Positions 1 to 10,083 are shown, numbered from the stretch's first letter. The stretch: 64,000 nt of DNA from Candidatus Nomurabacteria bacterium (GCA_029288775.1 JARIGQ010000006.1:120-64119), one strand, 5' to 3'. The notes: a model not told the origin generated them from the sequence alone. Numbers and translations are program-made.

Positions 1-14
1 TAAGGGGGACGGGG

Positions 15-632
15 GTGGGGACGCTTGGGAGTGGCAACTCAAGCGCTACTTGTGCCGACCCTCAATCCGTAAGCAACTCCCTTAAAACACCTAACGGCAT
101 ATGTGGTAACACTCAATGTAAAGCATTGACTGGGTGTGCTTACCAAAAATACCTTCCTAGTATAGAAAGGGAAGCCAAGGCTGCAGGAGTTGCTCCTTCT
201 CTTGTCATTGCAGTGATGTGTAGGGAATCTCATGCTAATCCTAATCCACCACCGAACGTAAATAGTGATGGTACGGTGGATTGCGGTCTCATGCAAATCA
301 ATCAAAAAGGAAGCTGCTCTGCACAGATTCTTGACCCTGACACAAATATAAAAATGGGTGTAGATAAGCTAAAAAAAGCCCTTACTTCTGCAAATCAAGT
401 GTATCAAAATATACCTTCCACATTAGGAGCGCTTGCTTCCTATAATTGTTGTTCCAACGGAACAATTCCAAACGCACCAAGCGGGGACTGTACACCAGAC
501 TCCGGTTTTCCATATACCATTCCAAAATGGGCATGCCCCATCAATCCCGGTCAAAGTGCGTCAAATATGTGTACGGTAAAAAACTATGCGTGTGAAATAC
601 AAGCGTGTGCTAATGATTTAGACAGTCTGTAA
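15..632 (+). CDS. Lytic transglycosylase (SLT-domain) protein, Cys-rich C-terminus. The true N-terminus is not determined, because the window begins 14 nt upstream of the first Met and the ORF may continue upstream
   Basis: Catalytic-domain motifs CRESHANP, GLMQIN and a later YN. Many cysteines in the C-terminal half suggest a secreted disulfide-rich module. Confidence 0.5.
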   Translation: MGTLGSGNSSATCADPQSVSNSLKTPNGICGNTQCKALTGCAYQKYLPSIEREAKAAGVAPSLVIAVMCRESHANPNPPPNVNSDGTVDCGLMQINQKGSCSAQILDPDTNIKMGVDKLKKALTSANQVYQNIPSTLGALASYNCCSNGTIPNAPSGDCTPDSGFPYTIPKWACPINPGQSASNMCTVKNYACEIQACANDLDSL

Positions 633-1361
633 ATGGGCAAGTTTACGCTTTATATACACATCCTGAAGAAAACTTACAACATTGCTTGTTAACCAATACA
701 AACCAAGCGCAGAAGGCAATATTGATCCAGAAAAAGCAATAATAATTGGAAGTACATACAAAAGCTGCAATCTCATGGATTTTGCAAACTGATCCTGCAT
801 AGTTTCTTCCTCTGGTTTTTTTCCACTTACCATAGACGCAGTCTGTCGACGAGCAAGCATATAGGAGGATAATCCTGCCAATAACGCGATGAAAATATTT
901 TTCTGGGTTACATCAAAAAGACCAAAAGCACGTGTATGTAATTCTGCTGGAAAATGCACAAAAGAATAGATAGATGCAGGGTCAGCGTGAAGACCTCGTG
1001 AAAATACGAAATAGAGCGCAAAAAAGACAGGGATTTGAATAAGAGCCGTAAACAAACTTCCGAAGGGGTTAACCTTTTCCCGTTTATAAAGCTCCATCAT
1101 GTGTCGAGTAGCTTCCTGAGGATTATCTTTATGTTTCTTTTTAAGCTCATTCATTTCTCCTTCAATACGCTTCATAATGTACTGGCTTCGCAATGTAGAA
1201 AGATTAAGCGGCAAAAGAAGAAGCTTTACAAAAAGGGTAACTAATACAATAGTCGTGCCAATGTCATGCAAAGGCACGTAGGTAAGTGTAAGAACAATGA
1301 GATTATAAATCGGTTCGTAAAAGATGGTGTGGAACATAGGGTATAGATTACAGTGTAGCAA
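618..1361 (-). CDS. yidC: Membrane protein insertase YidC/Oxa1 (short form)
   Basis: Located immediately downstream of rnpA on the minus strand. Multi-TM protein with a charged loop (KKKHKDNPQEATRHMMELYKREKVNPFG) and a hydrophobic tail typical of short YidC. Confidence 0.75.
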   Translation of the reverse strand: MLHCNLYPMFHTIFYEPIYNLIVLTLTYVPLHDIGTTIVLVTLFVKLLLLPLNLSTLRSQYIMKRIEGEMNELKKKHKDNPQEATRHMMELYKREKVNPFGSLFTALIQIPVFFALYFVFSRGLHADPASIYSFVHFPAELHTRAFGLFDVTQKNIFIALLAGLSSYMLARRQTASMVSGKKPEEETMQDQFAKSMRLQLLYVLPIIIAFSGSILPSALGLYWLTSNVVSFLQDVYIKRKLAHLQTV

Positions 1362-1659
1362 ATGCCTTTTTAACCTCTTCTTGCAAATTTGGATAAGGTG
1401 CAGTTAGGAGTGTTTTAGTAGGATAAATGCAAATAGAAGCAGGTGTAGTGGGGACCATATCTCGTACAAGCGAGTAGACCTTACGTTTTGCACGATTACG
1501 GTCTACTGCACGCTTAATACGTTTTTTACTTATAATGCAGGCATATTTTGTTACGAGTGCAGGGGAGACACTTATATCGAAAAACGCGCCGCGGTACGCT
1601 AGGCGCGTTTTCATTCCCTTAAACTCCTTAGTGGTAAGACGGGATGCTTTAGGAAGCAT
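1348..1659 (-). CDS. rnpA: RNase P protein component
   Basis: 103-aa basic protein (KEFKGMKTRLAYRGAFFDISVSP...ISKKRIKRAVDRNRAKRKV), with the RnpA motif (RNRxKR); lies between rpmH and yidC. Confidence 0.8.
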   Translation of the reverse strand: MLPKASRLTTKEFKGMKTRLAYRGAFFDISVSPALVTKYACIISKKRIKRAVDRNRAKRKVYSLVRDMVPTTPASICIYPTKTLLTAPYPNLQEEVKKAFATL

Positions 1660-1665
1660 GATTAC

Positions 1666-1800
1666 TTAGACAGAAAGCTTCTTTCGTCCTGATGCACGGC
1701 GGCGGGCAAGAACCTTACGTCCTCCCTTTGAAGCCTGGCGTACGAGGAATCCGTGTGTTGTTGCTCGCTTCTTCTTCTTTGGGTTATATGTTTGAGACAT
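1666..1800 (-). CDS. rpmH: 50S ribosomal protein L34
   Basis: Hand translation of the minus strand gives [44 protein letters not shown] (44 aa), a canonical L34. It is under the 60-aa cutoff, so it is absent from the ORF track. Confidence 0.85.
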   Translation of the reverse strand: MSQTYNPKKKKRATTHGFLVRQASKGGRKVLARRRASGRKKLSV

Positions 1801-1864
1801 GGCGCCATTCTACACGAAGTAGGGGTATAAATCAATAAACGTAAGGAAACGAGCTTCCGTCAAG

Positions 1865-3238
1865 TTGAAGCAAACTGTGAGGCGTGTATACTACCAAACT
1901 ATGGACTATTCTCAACTCTGGAACAGTGCGTTATCACAGATAGAGATTGAACTTTCTCGGGTCAACTTTAATACCTGGTTCAAAAATACTCGAATTATAG
2001 ACTATAAGGACGGCGAGGTGACTATTGGTGTTCCGAATGAATTCGTAAAAGATTGGCTTAATCAAAAATATCATAAATTCATACTGCGTATTTTGCGTAC
2101 CATTCATGAAAGCGTGAGATCGGTTGTATTTACAGTAGTAAAACCAGAAAATCTTCAAAAGAAGGCTCAACATATTGCTATCACCGGGCAAACCCTTCCT
2201 CTTCAGGATTTATATATCAATAAAGATGACGGTTTAAACCCGCGCTATACCTTCGATAATTTTATTGTTGGTCCTTTTAATGAAGTGTCCTATGCTTGTG
2301 CCCAGGCGGTAATTAATAATCTAGGTATTGTCTATAACCCGCTCTTTATTTATGGAAATACCGGCCTTGGTAAGACCCATCTTATGCAAGCGATTGGTAA
2401 TGCGGTTAAGAAAAAGCATCCTGAAAGGAAAGTGTTTTATACATCCTTGGAAAAGTTCTACATGGATTATGTAAATGCTACAAACCTTAATAAAATTAAC
2501 AGTTTCAAGGAGAAATATCGTAAATATGATGTCTTTATTATGGACGATATTCAATTCATTAACGGTAAAGAACGTACCCAAGATGAGTTGTTCCATCTTT
2601 TTAATTCTCTCTACGAGATGAATAAGCAGATTATTTTCTCCTCAGATAAGCATCCAAACCTTATTGTTGGGTTGGAAGATCGTCTCCGGTCACGTTTCAA
2701 TCAAGGAATGATTGTGGATGTAAATATTCCTGCGTTTGAATCCAGACTAGCAATTCTTCAAGTGAAGACAAAGGAGTATGGAGATAAAATTCCACGAGAG
2801 GTGCTTGAATACATAGCTGAAACCATTCAAGGTAATATTCGAGAATTGGAAGGGGTGATGACCTCTATTATCGGCCATATTCAAATTAAACAACAAGCTA
2901 TTACACTTCTTGATGTAAAGAATCTCCTTAAAAATAATATTCGTGCTAAAAAGAGTATTTCTATTCCGGAAATAGTGAAGATGATTGCAGATTATTATCA
3001 TATACCCGATGTATATATCTACAACAAAACACGACGAAAAGATGTAGTGAAACCTCGACAGATTGTTATGTATATCCTACGAGAAGATTTTGACATTTCT
3101 TATCCGATGATAGGTGATAGGTTAGGAGGGAGGGATCATACTACTGTTATTCACTCGTATGAAAAAATTAAAAGTACTTTAAAAGAAAATCCACAACTTG
3201 GTCGTGAAATCGAAGATATTCGCGCAATGTTAGTCTAG
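1865..3238 (+). CDS. dnaA: Chromosomal replication initiator DnaA
   Basis: AAA+ Walker A GNTGLGKTHLMQAIGN and Walker B IMDDIQFI, plus a C-terminal DnaA-box-binding HTH. Divergent from the rpmH operon and followed by dnaN. Confidence 0.95.
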   Translation: MKQTVRRVYYQTMDYSQLWNSALSQIEIELSRVNFNTWFKNTRIIDYKDGEVTIGVPNEFVKDWLNQKYHKFILRILRTIHESVRSVVFTVVKPENLQKKAQHIAITGQTLPLQDLYINKDDGLNPRYTFDNFIVGPFNEVSYACAQAVINNLGIVYNPLFIYGNTGLGKTHLMQAIGNAVKKKHPERKVFYTSLEKFYMDYVNATNLNKINSFKEKYRKYDVFIMDDIQFINGKERTQDELFHLFNSLYEMNKQIIFSSDKHPNLIVGLEDRLRSRFNQGMIVDVNIPAFESRLAILQVKTKEYGDKIPREVLEYIAETIQGNIRELEGVMTSIIGHIQIKQQAITLLDVKNLLKNNIRAKKSISIPEIVKMIADYYHIPDVYIYNKTRRKDVVKPRQIVMYILREDFDISYPMIGDRLGGRDHTTVIHSYEKIKSTLKENPQLGREIEDIRAMLV

Positions 3239-3475
3239 GTAGTTTATTTCTGTGGATAGAATTGTGGAAAAGGGGAGAATAGCACCAGTATAACTATGAC
3301 GGATGTGGGAGTAGAATCTTACAATTCTATTCTTACCCACAAAAAATTGTCCTTTTACCCTCCAAGGACAATTGTTCTAAGAAGGTAAAAAACTATTTAA
3401 ATATAAGCTTTTTTTAACATTCCCCCATAGTCCACATAGCTATACTTAGTATCATTATTTATATATACTACTAGT
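3239..3475. promoter_or_regulatory. Putative oriC in the dnaA-dnaN intergenic region, with DnaA-box-like 9-mers and AT-rich unwinding tracts
   Basis: Sites close to TTATCCACA: CTATCCACA (reverse complement of 3251-3259), TTTTCCACA (reverse complement of about 3262-3270), TTACCCACA (3333-3341) and TAGTCCACA (3428-3436). Tracts at 3361-3420 and 3440-3475 are more than 75% AT. Confidence 0.5.
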
Positions 3476-4567
3476 ATGAAATTCGAATGCAGAGGAGAGG
3501 TATTTATTAAAGCAGTACAGCAAGTAGCTCGCGCTCGAAGTAAACAACAGTCTCAAAATTATCTTCAAGATATTCATATAGAACTTGATACTCATCTCCT
3601 TACACTACAAGCTACCAACCTGGAACTTTTTTGTGAAAAAAGTATTCCCGTAAAAGGTATCACTAATGGATCTTGTCTCCTTCAAGGAGAAACATTTCTT
3701 CGTATTTTATCTACCTATCAATCACTAGATACTGTACTTACTTGTGAATTAGTTGATGAAGTATTTACTATCACTACTGATAAAGGAGTGGTTGAAATTA
3801 AAACAACTCCCTATGAAGATTTCCCAACTCTTCCTCCTCAAGGAACTACTATTGGTACTCTTTCAAAAGATAACCTTAATACCCTTCTTAAAGAAGTGGT
3901 ATTCTGTGCAGCTACAACAGATATTAAGCCGGAAATCGCTTCTATTTACATGTATACCAAAGATGATCTTATCTATACTGTTGCTACCGATTCTTATCGT
4001 TTGGTGGAAAAAAGTATTCCTAATGAAAGTAATTTAGAATGCTCTCTTCTTATTCCTCAAAAACATATTGGAGATATATTACAAATTGTAGGGGAGGAAG
4101 GTGAAGAATTAACATTATCCCAAAATGAAGGTATTCTTTCTATTACCACTTCAAACCTTACTCTTTCTATTCATACAATTACCGGACAATTCCCTGATTA
4201 TCGTCAATTGTTTCCAAAAACTTTCACTACTACAATAACCTTAGCAAAAGAAGAGTTACAGAAAGCACTTACTTTAACCACATACTTTAATGAACAATAT
4301 TCACAAGTTGAATGTGTATTTACGGAACATAAAGTTATTTTCCATAGTCGTAACGAACAGGTGGGTCAGGTTACTCATACTATTAATGCAACTAAAGAAG
4401 GGGATGATATTGAGGCAAAATATAACAACCGATACTTTTTAGATGTGTTACCTCACATAGAAGGAGGAAGTGTTACATGTAAATTTACCACCCCTAATCG
4501 CGCTATGTTTATTCAAGGTACTAAAGATATTAGTTTTACCTACCTTCTAATGCCACTTAATAGATAA
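3476..4567 (+). CDS. dnaN: DNA polymerase III beta sliding clamp
   Basis: 363 aa, directly after dnaA/oriC. Three-domain clamp-like composition; the N-terminal MKFECRGEVFIKAVQQV is typical of DnaN. Confidence 0.9.
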   Translation: MKFECRGEVFIKAVQQVARARSKQQSQNYLQDIHIELDTHLLTLQATNLELFCEKSIPVKGITNGSCLLQGETFLRILSTYQSLDTVLTCELVDEVFTITTDKGVVEIKTTPYEDFPTLPPQGTTIGTLSKDNLNTLLKEVVFCAATTDIKPEIASIYMYTKDDLIYTVATDSYRLVEKSIPNESNLECSLLIPQKHIGDILQIVGEEGEELTLSQNEGILSITTSNLTLSIHTITGQFPDYRQLFPKTFTTTITLAKEELQKALTLTTYFNEQYSQVECVFTEHKVIFHSRNEQVGQVTHTINATKEGDDIEAKYNNRYFLDVLPHIEGGSVTCKFTTPNRAMFIQGTKDISFTYLLMPLNR

Positions 4568-4569
4568 GT

Positions 4570-4800
4570 ATGGACGAAGGACTTTTTAGAAAGCATTTAC
4601 AAGTACTTCACACACGGTTACATAATAAAGAACAACTACTTTCTTTAATAAAAGAAAGTACTGGAGTTACTCTTTTGGAAGAAGAAGTAGGGTTAGAGAA
4701 GAAACAGATTACCCTTTTTACTTCCTCAACAAAGAAAAATACCCTTCTCCGGAAAGGGTTGAAGGATATTTTAGCTTCAGAAGGCTATTCTCTTACTTAG
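4570..4800 (+). CDS. Small hypothetical protein (76 aa), possibly DciA/DUF721-like
   Basis: Starts 3 nt after dnaN. The pattern ITLFTSS...LLRKGLKDILAS loosely resembles DUF721. This is weak. Confidence 0.3.
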   Translation: MDEGLFRKHLQVLHTRLHNKEQLLSLIKESTGVTLLEEEVGLEKKQITLFTSSTKKNTLLRKGLKDILASEGYSLT

Positions 4801-7031
4801 AGTGGTGTATCTGGAATAATAACACCATTAATAGGATCTACACTCGGATTATTAATCACCTGAGGAGGTTGAGTGGGATCCGTGGTTGTTCCTGTTTGAG
4901 GTTGAATAGAAGGGGTTCCGCAAGAAATCCCATGTTTTGCTATCCAGTTTTGAATAGCAGTTTCCCAGTTATTGTATTGAGGATCACTGCGAGGGTTAGT
5001 AGGATAGGCACCATCTGGATCATCTTTATTTACAAATGCAAGAATAGTATGGATACCATCCGTACAATAATCCCCCCGGAGAATCGGCTTGCTTGATGTG
5101 TTCGGAAGAGGATCTGGGAAATACTCAACCGTAGAAGTTCCGATAACTACTTGCATAGCTTTATGCCAAATAGGGGCAAGAACAAGACCGGCAACCTTTT
5201 TATCAATAGGAGTATTATTGTTATTTCCTCCCCACATACCCAGAACTACCGATGGAGTGTAACCAACTACCCATACGTCCCTATAATCGTTTGTAGTACC
5301 CGTTTTGGCTGCTACAGGGCGGTCTCCAAAGTTAAACGGAGAAGAAGAAATAGGTCCATACGCAGGAATCTTAGCAACGTTGTCAGATAGTACACTTGAG
5401 ATAAGAGAAGTCACTGAATCGGGAAGTACCTGATTTTCTTTTTGGGTAAATTTTTCTAGTACTGTTCCATCTCCATCGCGTACTTCTAGAATCCCTGTGG
5501 GAGGATGATAAATGCCATTATCCGCAAATACACCATAAGCATTCGTGAGTTCAAGAAGGGTTACTTCACCACCACCAAGTACAAGCGAAAGCCCGTATCG
5601 TTGAGGGTCTTGGATGGTGGAAAGTCCCATATCTTGAGCCAATTTTACAGCCGTATTAATACCGGTGAGGTAGAGAAGTTTTACAGCAGGAACGTTTAAG
5701 GATTGAGCAAGAGCATTTCGTAAAGAGATTGGTCCACGGAAATTACCATCATAATTTTCCGGCATGTAACACGCGGAAGCATTCACACCCGATTTTGGAT
5801 TACCATATGGATCACATAAGGCGCTGAATTCAGTAGGAACATCATACAACACCGTTTCTGGGGTATATCCTTTTTCAAATGCCGCTGCATACACTATTGG
5901 TTTAAATGAAGATCCTGGCTGGCGATCAGCAAGTGCAATGTTGTACTGTCCTGGGATTTCAGTGTCAAAGAAATCGCGTGATCCAACCATCGCTAGGATT
6001 TGTCCTGTTTTTGGGTCAATGGCAACGGCGGCAGCATTTGAAGCTTTATATTTCTTTTCATTAGAAAGGGCTCCTTCTTTTACTATATCTTCCAGTTGTT
6101 TTTGAAGATTATAATCAATAGTTGTAATAACTTTTAATCCTCCATTTTCAACTACATCACTTCCATATTGTTCTTCGAGGTATTCTCTGATGTACATGAC
6201 GAAATGAAGCGCTTTTCCGCTATTAGAAGTATCTTCAAGGAAAGTTATCTTTTCATTTTGAGCTTCATTTTTCTGGGCTTCGGTTATATATCCGAGCTCA
6301 TACATGCGTTCGAGTACAAGATTTTTTCTTTTTTCTAGCTCATCACGATGTTTTCCGTAAGGAGAATAATAGGTAGGGGATTGAGGAAGGGCAGCCAAGT
6401 ATGCAGCTTGAGATAAAGTGAGTTCTTTTGCGTGAACTCCAAAATACGTAAGAGAGGCTTCTTCTACACCATAAATAGTTCCACCATAAGGACTTTCATT
6501 AAGATAGATTTGGAGAATGGTATCTTTTGGTACTTCTCGATCAAGTTTAATAGCAAGCACGATTTCCATTAATTTTCTCTTAATGGTCTTCTCTCGGGTA
6601 AGGAGGGCATTCTTTACTACCTGTTGATCAATAGTTGAACCACCTTGGGTGTATCCTCCGCTTACAATATTGGCAAGAACTGCGCGAATAAAAGAGGTGG
6701 GACGAAAACCATGATGTTCATAGAAATGGGCATCTTCAATAGAGATCGTTGCTTGCTGTACATAGGGACTCATTTCCGAAATAGGGACTTCGGTTCTTCG
6801 TACATTGTCATGAATATTATAGAGAACAATCGATCCGGTTCGGTCATAAATTTTGGTCGAATTAGCAATGGTGCGGTTTTCGAAGTTATTAAAATCAGGA
6901 AGCTGCAAGCTCGCTATCCAGCCTACAGTTAAAGCAAAGATAGTAATAAGCAGGGCTGCACCTATAAAAAGTACTTCCCGAATAAGCTTTTTTTGCGCAC
7001 GCTTCTTGCGCGAATGAACTTCTGTGGTCAT
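4797..7031 (-). CDS. Class A penicillin-binding protein 1A (transglycosylase plus transpeptidase)
   Basis: N-terminal TM segment. GT51 motifs EDAHFYEHHG and GGSTIDQQVVKN. Transpeptidase SSFKP, SLN and KTGTTND motifs. Pro/Thr-rich C-terminal tail. Confidence 0.9.
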   Translation of the reverse strand: MTTEVHSRKKRAQKKLIREVLFIGAALLITIFALTVGWIASLQLPDFNNFENRTIANSTKIYDRTGSIVLYNIHDNVRRTEVPISEMSPYVQQATISIEDAHFYEHHGFRPTSFIRAVLANIVSGGYTQGGSTIDQQVVKNALLTREKTIKRKLMEIVLAIKLDREVPKDTILQIYLNESPYGGTIYGVEEASLTYFGVHAKELTLSQAAYLAALPQSPTYYSPYGKHRDELEKRKNLVLERMYELGYITEAQKNEAQNEKITFLEDTSNSGKALHFVMYIREYLEEQYGSDVVENGGLKVITTIDYNLQKQLEDIVKEGALSNEKKYKASNAAAVAIDPKTGQILAMVGSRDFFDTEIPGQYNIALADRQPGSSFKPIVYAAAFEKGYTPETVLYDVPTEFSALCDPYGNPKSGVNASACYMPENYDGNFRGPISLRNALAQSLNVPAVKLLYLTGINTAVKLAQDMGLSTIQDPQRYGLSLVLGGGEVTLLELTNAYGVFADNGIYHPPTGILEVRDGDGTVLEKFTQKENQVLPDSVTSLISSVLSDNVAKIPAYGPISSSPFNFGDRPVAAKTGTTNDYRDVWVVGYTPSVVLGMWGGNNNNTPIDKKVAGLVLAPIWHKAMQVVIGTSTVEYFPDPLPNTSSKPILRGDYCTDGIHTILAFVNKDDPDGAYPTNPRSDPQYNNWETAIQNWIAKHGISCGTPSIQPQTGTTTDPTQPPQVINNPSVDPINGVIIPDTPL

Positions 7032-7069
7032 TTCTTCATAGTATCACACCTCTATGGTAGTATGATGGA

Positions 7070-8263
7070 ATGGATAAAATCATCGTGGATGAAGCAAAAA
7101 TTGATGAACTTCTTACGCGCGGCGTAGAAGATATTATCGTTAAGGACGAATTAAAAGCGGCACTTCTGTCAGGCAAGCAACTTCGTGTAAAACTTGGGGT
7201 GGATCCTACCGGGCCTAAGATGCACTTAGGACGAGCGATTCCCCTTAGAAAATTACGAGAGTTTCAGAAATTGGGACATCAAATTGTATTTATTGTGGGT
7301 GATTTTACTGCCCAAGTAGGGGATGCGTCTGATAAAAGTGAGAAGCGTCCCATGCTCACCCGCGCTCAGATTGACGAGAACATTAAAGACTACAAGAGCC
7401 AGGTTTCCAAAATCATTGATATGTCCAAAGCTGAGTTTGTGTACAACAGTGACTGGCTTTCAAAGCTTTCCTTTGAAGAAGTGACCAAACTGGCGGAAGT
7501 TTTTACGGTTCAGCAGATGCTCGCGCGCAGAAATTTCAAGGATCGATATGATAAGGGTATAGAAATCTCTCTTCGTGAATTTCTTTACCCGCTTATGCAA
7601 GGGTACGATTCTGTTGCTGTAAGAGCTGATGTGGAGCTTGGAGGGTTTGATCAGCTTTTCAATGTAAAAGCGGGGCGTGTGGTTCAGGAATATTACGGGC
7701 AACCAAAGCAGCACATCATGGTAGGTACCATGCTTGAAGGGACAGATGGCCGCAAAATGTCGACAAGTTGGGGAAATGTTATCACTATTGTTGATGAGCC
7801 ATTTGATATGTTTGGCAAGCTTATGAGCGTGCGAGATGACCTCATCATTAAATATTTTACGTTATGCACCGATGTCTCCATGGAGGAAATCAAGGACTTG
7901 GAAAAACAACTCACGGAAGGTGTAAATCCTAAAGATATCAAAATGAGGCTTGCAACGGAAATTGTAACCATGTATCACACCGAGAAAGATGCCAGTCTTG
8001 CAAAGAGTGTGTGGGTAGAAACCTTCTCTAAAGGAGGTATACCGGAAGATATTCCAGAACTACACACAACTTCTGATAAGGATATTGCAGAGGTCTTAGT
8101 GGAAGCAGGTATTGTTTCTTCCAAGACAGATTGGCGTCGTTTGATTGAAGAGGGAGCAATTGTGGATGCTGAGGGGAATGAAATGAAGGATCCTAAAGTG
8201 AAAGCTTACAATGTAACGCTTAAAATTGGGAAAAAGCGTTTTGCACGAATAGTGCTTCAATAG
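7070..8263 (+). CDS. tyrS: Tyrosyl-tRNA synthetase (class I, KMSKS-type) with a C-terminal S4-like domain
   Basis: HIGH-like PKMHLGRAIP, QGYD motif, GGFDQ and KMSTS, with a C-terminal S4-like RNA-binding tail. TrpRS is the alternative; the QGYD motif and the S4 tail favour TyrRS. Confidence 0.65.
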   Translation: MDKIIVDEAKIDELLTRGVEDIIVKDELKAALLSGKQLRVKLGVDPTGPKMHLGRAIPLRKLREFQKLGHQIVFIVGDFTAQVGDASDKSEKRPMLTRAQIDENIKDYKSQVSKIIDMSKAEFVYNSDWLSKLSFEEVTKLAEVFTVQQMLARRNFKDRYDKGIEISLREFLYPLMQGYDSVAVRADVELGGFDQLFNVKAGRVVQEYYGQPKQHIMVGTMLEGTDGRKMSTSWGNVITIVDEPFDMFGKLMSVRDDLIIKYFTLCTDVSMEEIKDLEKQLTEGVNPKDIKMRLATEIVTMYHTEKDASLAKSVWVETFSKGGIPEDIPELHTTSDKDIAEVLVEAGIVSSKTDWRRLIEEGAIVDAEGNEMKDPKVKAYNVTLKIGKKRFARIVLQ

Positions 8264-8270
8264 TTCAGTA

Positions 8271-8304
8271 AAAAGAAAGCGCCCTGTGTGGCGCTTTCTT
8301 TTTA
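8271..8304. terminator. Bidirectional rho-independent terminator between tyrS and a convergent small ORF
   Basis: AAAGAAAGCGCC-ctgtgt-GGCGCTTTCTTTTT perfect hairpin, flanked by A-runs and T-runs. Confidence 0.7.
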
Positions 8305-8475
8305 CCAATATCCTTCATCTTCCGTAAAAGCAAGGTCTACCTCATCTTGCTCTTCGTTTGTGCGATACAAGAAGACTTCTTCTTCAGCTACCGCTGCTTC
8401 ATCTTCAAACATCGCCTCAAAGGCCTCCGGGTTGACCTCTGTTACAGTTTTTCCTTCCTCTTCCTCGATAAGCAT
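8302..8475 (-). CDS. Small acidic protein (57 aa)
   Basis: Hand translation gives MLIEEEEGKTVTEVNPEAFEAMFEDEAAVAEEEVFLYRTNEEQDEVDLAFTEDEGYW. It lies downstream of ruvC and ends at the bidirectional terminator. Locally GC-enriched. Confidence 0.3.
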   Translation of the reverse strand: MLIEEEEGKTVTEVNPEAFEAMFEDEAAVAEEEVFLYRTNEEQDEVDLAFTEDEGYW

Positions 8476-8554
8476 ATCTCTTTATTTTTAATGTATGCCA
8501 AAGATACCATGGGCATCTTTTCAATGCAAGGGAATTTTTCCCCTCCTGTTTTGC

Positions 8555-9052
8555 TTATTTCCAGGCCGCCATTTTCCTGTGAGCGCTATGAGTGAGCGCT
8601 ATGGCTATGGCATCAAGTTCGTCATCCAAAAGTGTTTGAGAAAGCGAATGTTTAAGAATTTTTGGCACCATAAGGGCAATATCCTCTTTTGAGGCTTTTC
8701 CATATCCTGTAACCGCCACTTTTATTTCGGGAGGGGAATATTCATAGGCAGAAAGTCCATGGGTATGGCAAAGATAAAGAATTACCCCCCGAACTTCTGC
8801 TACTTGCATGGCAGTAGTTTGGTTCTTTGCGAAAAAGAGTTTTTCTACGGCAAGTTCAGTTGGAGAGAATGTAGTGAGTACTTTCTCTAGCTCCTTACCT
8901 ATGTGTGCAAGGCGTACTTCAAAAGTATCTTTTTTAGAAGTCTCAACGCAAGTAGAGAAAAGAAGTTTTTCAATAGTGCCGCTTTTTTCAAGTACGCATA
9001 TACCCATTCGGTCAAAGCCCGGATCAATACCTAAAATGCGGACGGTTCCCAT
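8555..9052 (-). CDS. ruvC: Holliday junction resolvase RuvC
   Basis: Start MGTVRILGIDPGFDRMG, with the ILGIDPG motif and C-terminal LDAIAIALTHS. The track ORF extends upstream to 9175 and overlaps ruvB; the internal Met at 9052 leaves a 1-nt gap after the ruvB stop. Confidence 0.85.
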   Translation of the reverse strand: MGTVRILGIDPGFDRMGICVLEKSGTIEKLLFSTCVETSKKDTFEVRLAHIGKELEKVLTTFSPTELAVEKLFFAKNQTTAMQVAEVRGVILYLCHTHGLSAYEYSPPEIKVAVTGYGKASKEDIALMVPKILKHSLSQTLLDDELDAIAIALTHSAHRKMAAWK

Positions 9053-9053
9053 A

Positions 9054-10037
9054 TTACTTTTTAAAATAGGTGAGCGCTTTATCAGTTGCCTTACGGCCGC
9101 GTGGGGTGCGTTCCAACATGCCAATTTGTATAAGATACGGCTCGGTGACATCTTCAATCGTTGCTTCTTCTTCACCTGTTGCAGCAGCTAGCGTGTTTAA
9201 GCCAACCGGTCCGCCGTTAAAGGTATTGATGAGTGCATCAAGTACCATACGCTCCGCTACCCCTAGACCAAATTCATCAATCTCAAGCATAGATAAAGAT
9301 ACATCAACAATTTCGCGGTCTATATTTGCTTTGTGTACTTGGGCGTAATCACGCGCGCGCTTTAAATAGTAATTTGCTATGCGTGGAGTAAAACGCGAAC
9401 GCTTAGCAATTTCAAATGCCGCATCGTGAGGAAGCAGGGTACCTAAAATTTTTGCACTTTGCTTTACAATAGTTGCAATCTCATCCTCCGTATAATATTG
9501 CAAACGATACACACCACCTGAGAAGCGCGAACGAAGCGGGGAAGAAAGGAGTGAAATGCGTGTTGTTGCGCCAATCAAGGTAAAGGGAGGAAGGTCGAGC
9601 TGTATAGTGCGGGCTGAAGGGCCTTTGCCAATAACGATATCAAGTTTGCCGGATTCCATAGCTGGATAGAGTACTTCCTCAATCATTTTGTTCAGCCGAT
9701 GAATCTCATCAATGAACAACACATCTCCTGGGGCTAAGTTAGTAAGAATTGCGGCCAAGTCACCCACCTTCATAATCGCAGGGCCACTCGATACTTTAAG
9801 GTTGGCATTCAATTCCTTTGCAATAAGATGAGCAAGGGTTGTCTTGCCAAGTCCAGGGGGACCGTATAAAAGGATATGCTCCGGCGGAGCACCGCGTTCT
9901 TTGGCTGCCGTAAGTAGAATATGAAGATTTTTCTTGATGGTTTCTTGGCCAATATAGTCAGAAAAATGAGCTGGACGGAGTGTGCTGTCTAGGTGCCTGG
10001 TTTCTTCTATGGAAATGATGGGGTCGATGGCGCTCAT
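9054..10037 (-). CDS. ruvB: Holliday junction branch-migration ATPase RuvB
   Basis: Walker A GPPGLGKTTLA, Walker B LFIDEIHRL, sensor GATTR, and a C-terminal winged helix. Confidence 0.95.
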   Translation of the reverse strand: MSAIDPIISIEETRHLDSTLRPAHFSDYIGQETIKKNLHILLTAAKERGAPPEHILLYGPPGLGKTTLAHLIAKELNANLKVSSGPAIMKVGDLAAILTNLAPGDVLFIDEIHRLNKMIEEVLYPAMESGKLDIVIGKGPSARTIQLDLPPFTLIGATTRISLLSSPLRSRFSGGVYRLQYYTEDEIATIVKQSAKILGTLLPHDAAFEIAKRSRFTPRIANYYLKRARDYAQVHKANIDREIVDVSLSMLEIDEFGLGVAERMVLDALINTFNGGPVGLNTLAAATGEEEATIEDVTEPYLIQIGMLERTPRGRKATDKALTYFKK

Positions 10038-10055
10038 GGGGGAGAAGGGAAGGAT

Positions 10056-10083
10056 TTGACAAAAGTTTTTATTGTGATATAAT
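10056..10083 (+). promoter_or_regulatory. Near-consensus sigma70 promoter (TTGACA, 16-17 nt spacer, TGaTATAAT)
   Basis: TTGACA at 10056-10061 and an extended -10 TGATATAAT at 10075-10083. Lies between ruvB and the ATPase gene and points at a region without an ORF. Confidence 0.5.

Noticed and set aside
8288-8692. Plus-strand ORFs 8288-8491 (Ser-rich), 8347-8595 and 8495-8692
   Set aside because: They overlap the ruvC 3' region or the antisense of the acidic 57-aa ORF and lack start signals. The Ser-rich translation is the typical antisense of a Glu/Asp-rich frame.
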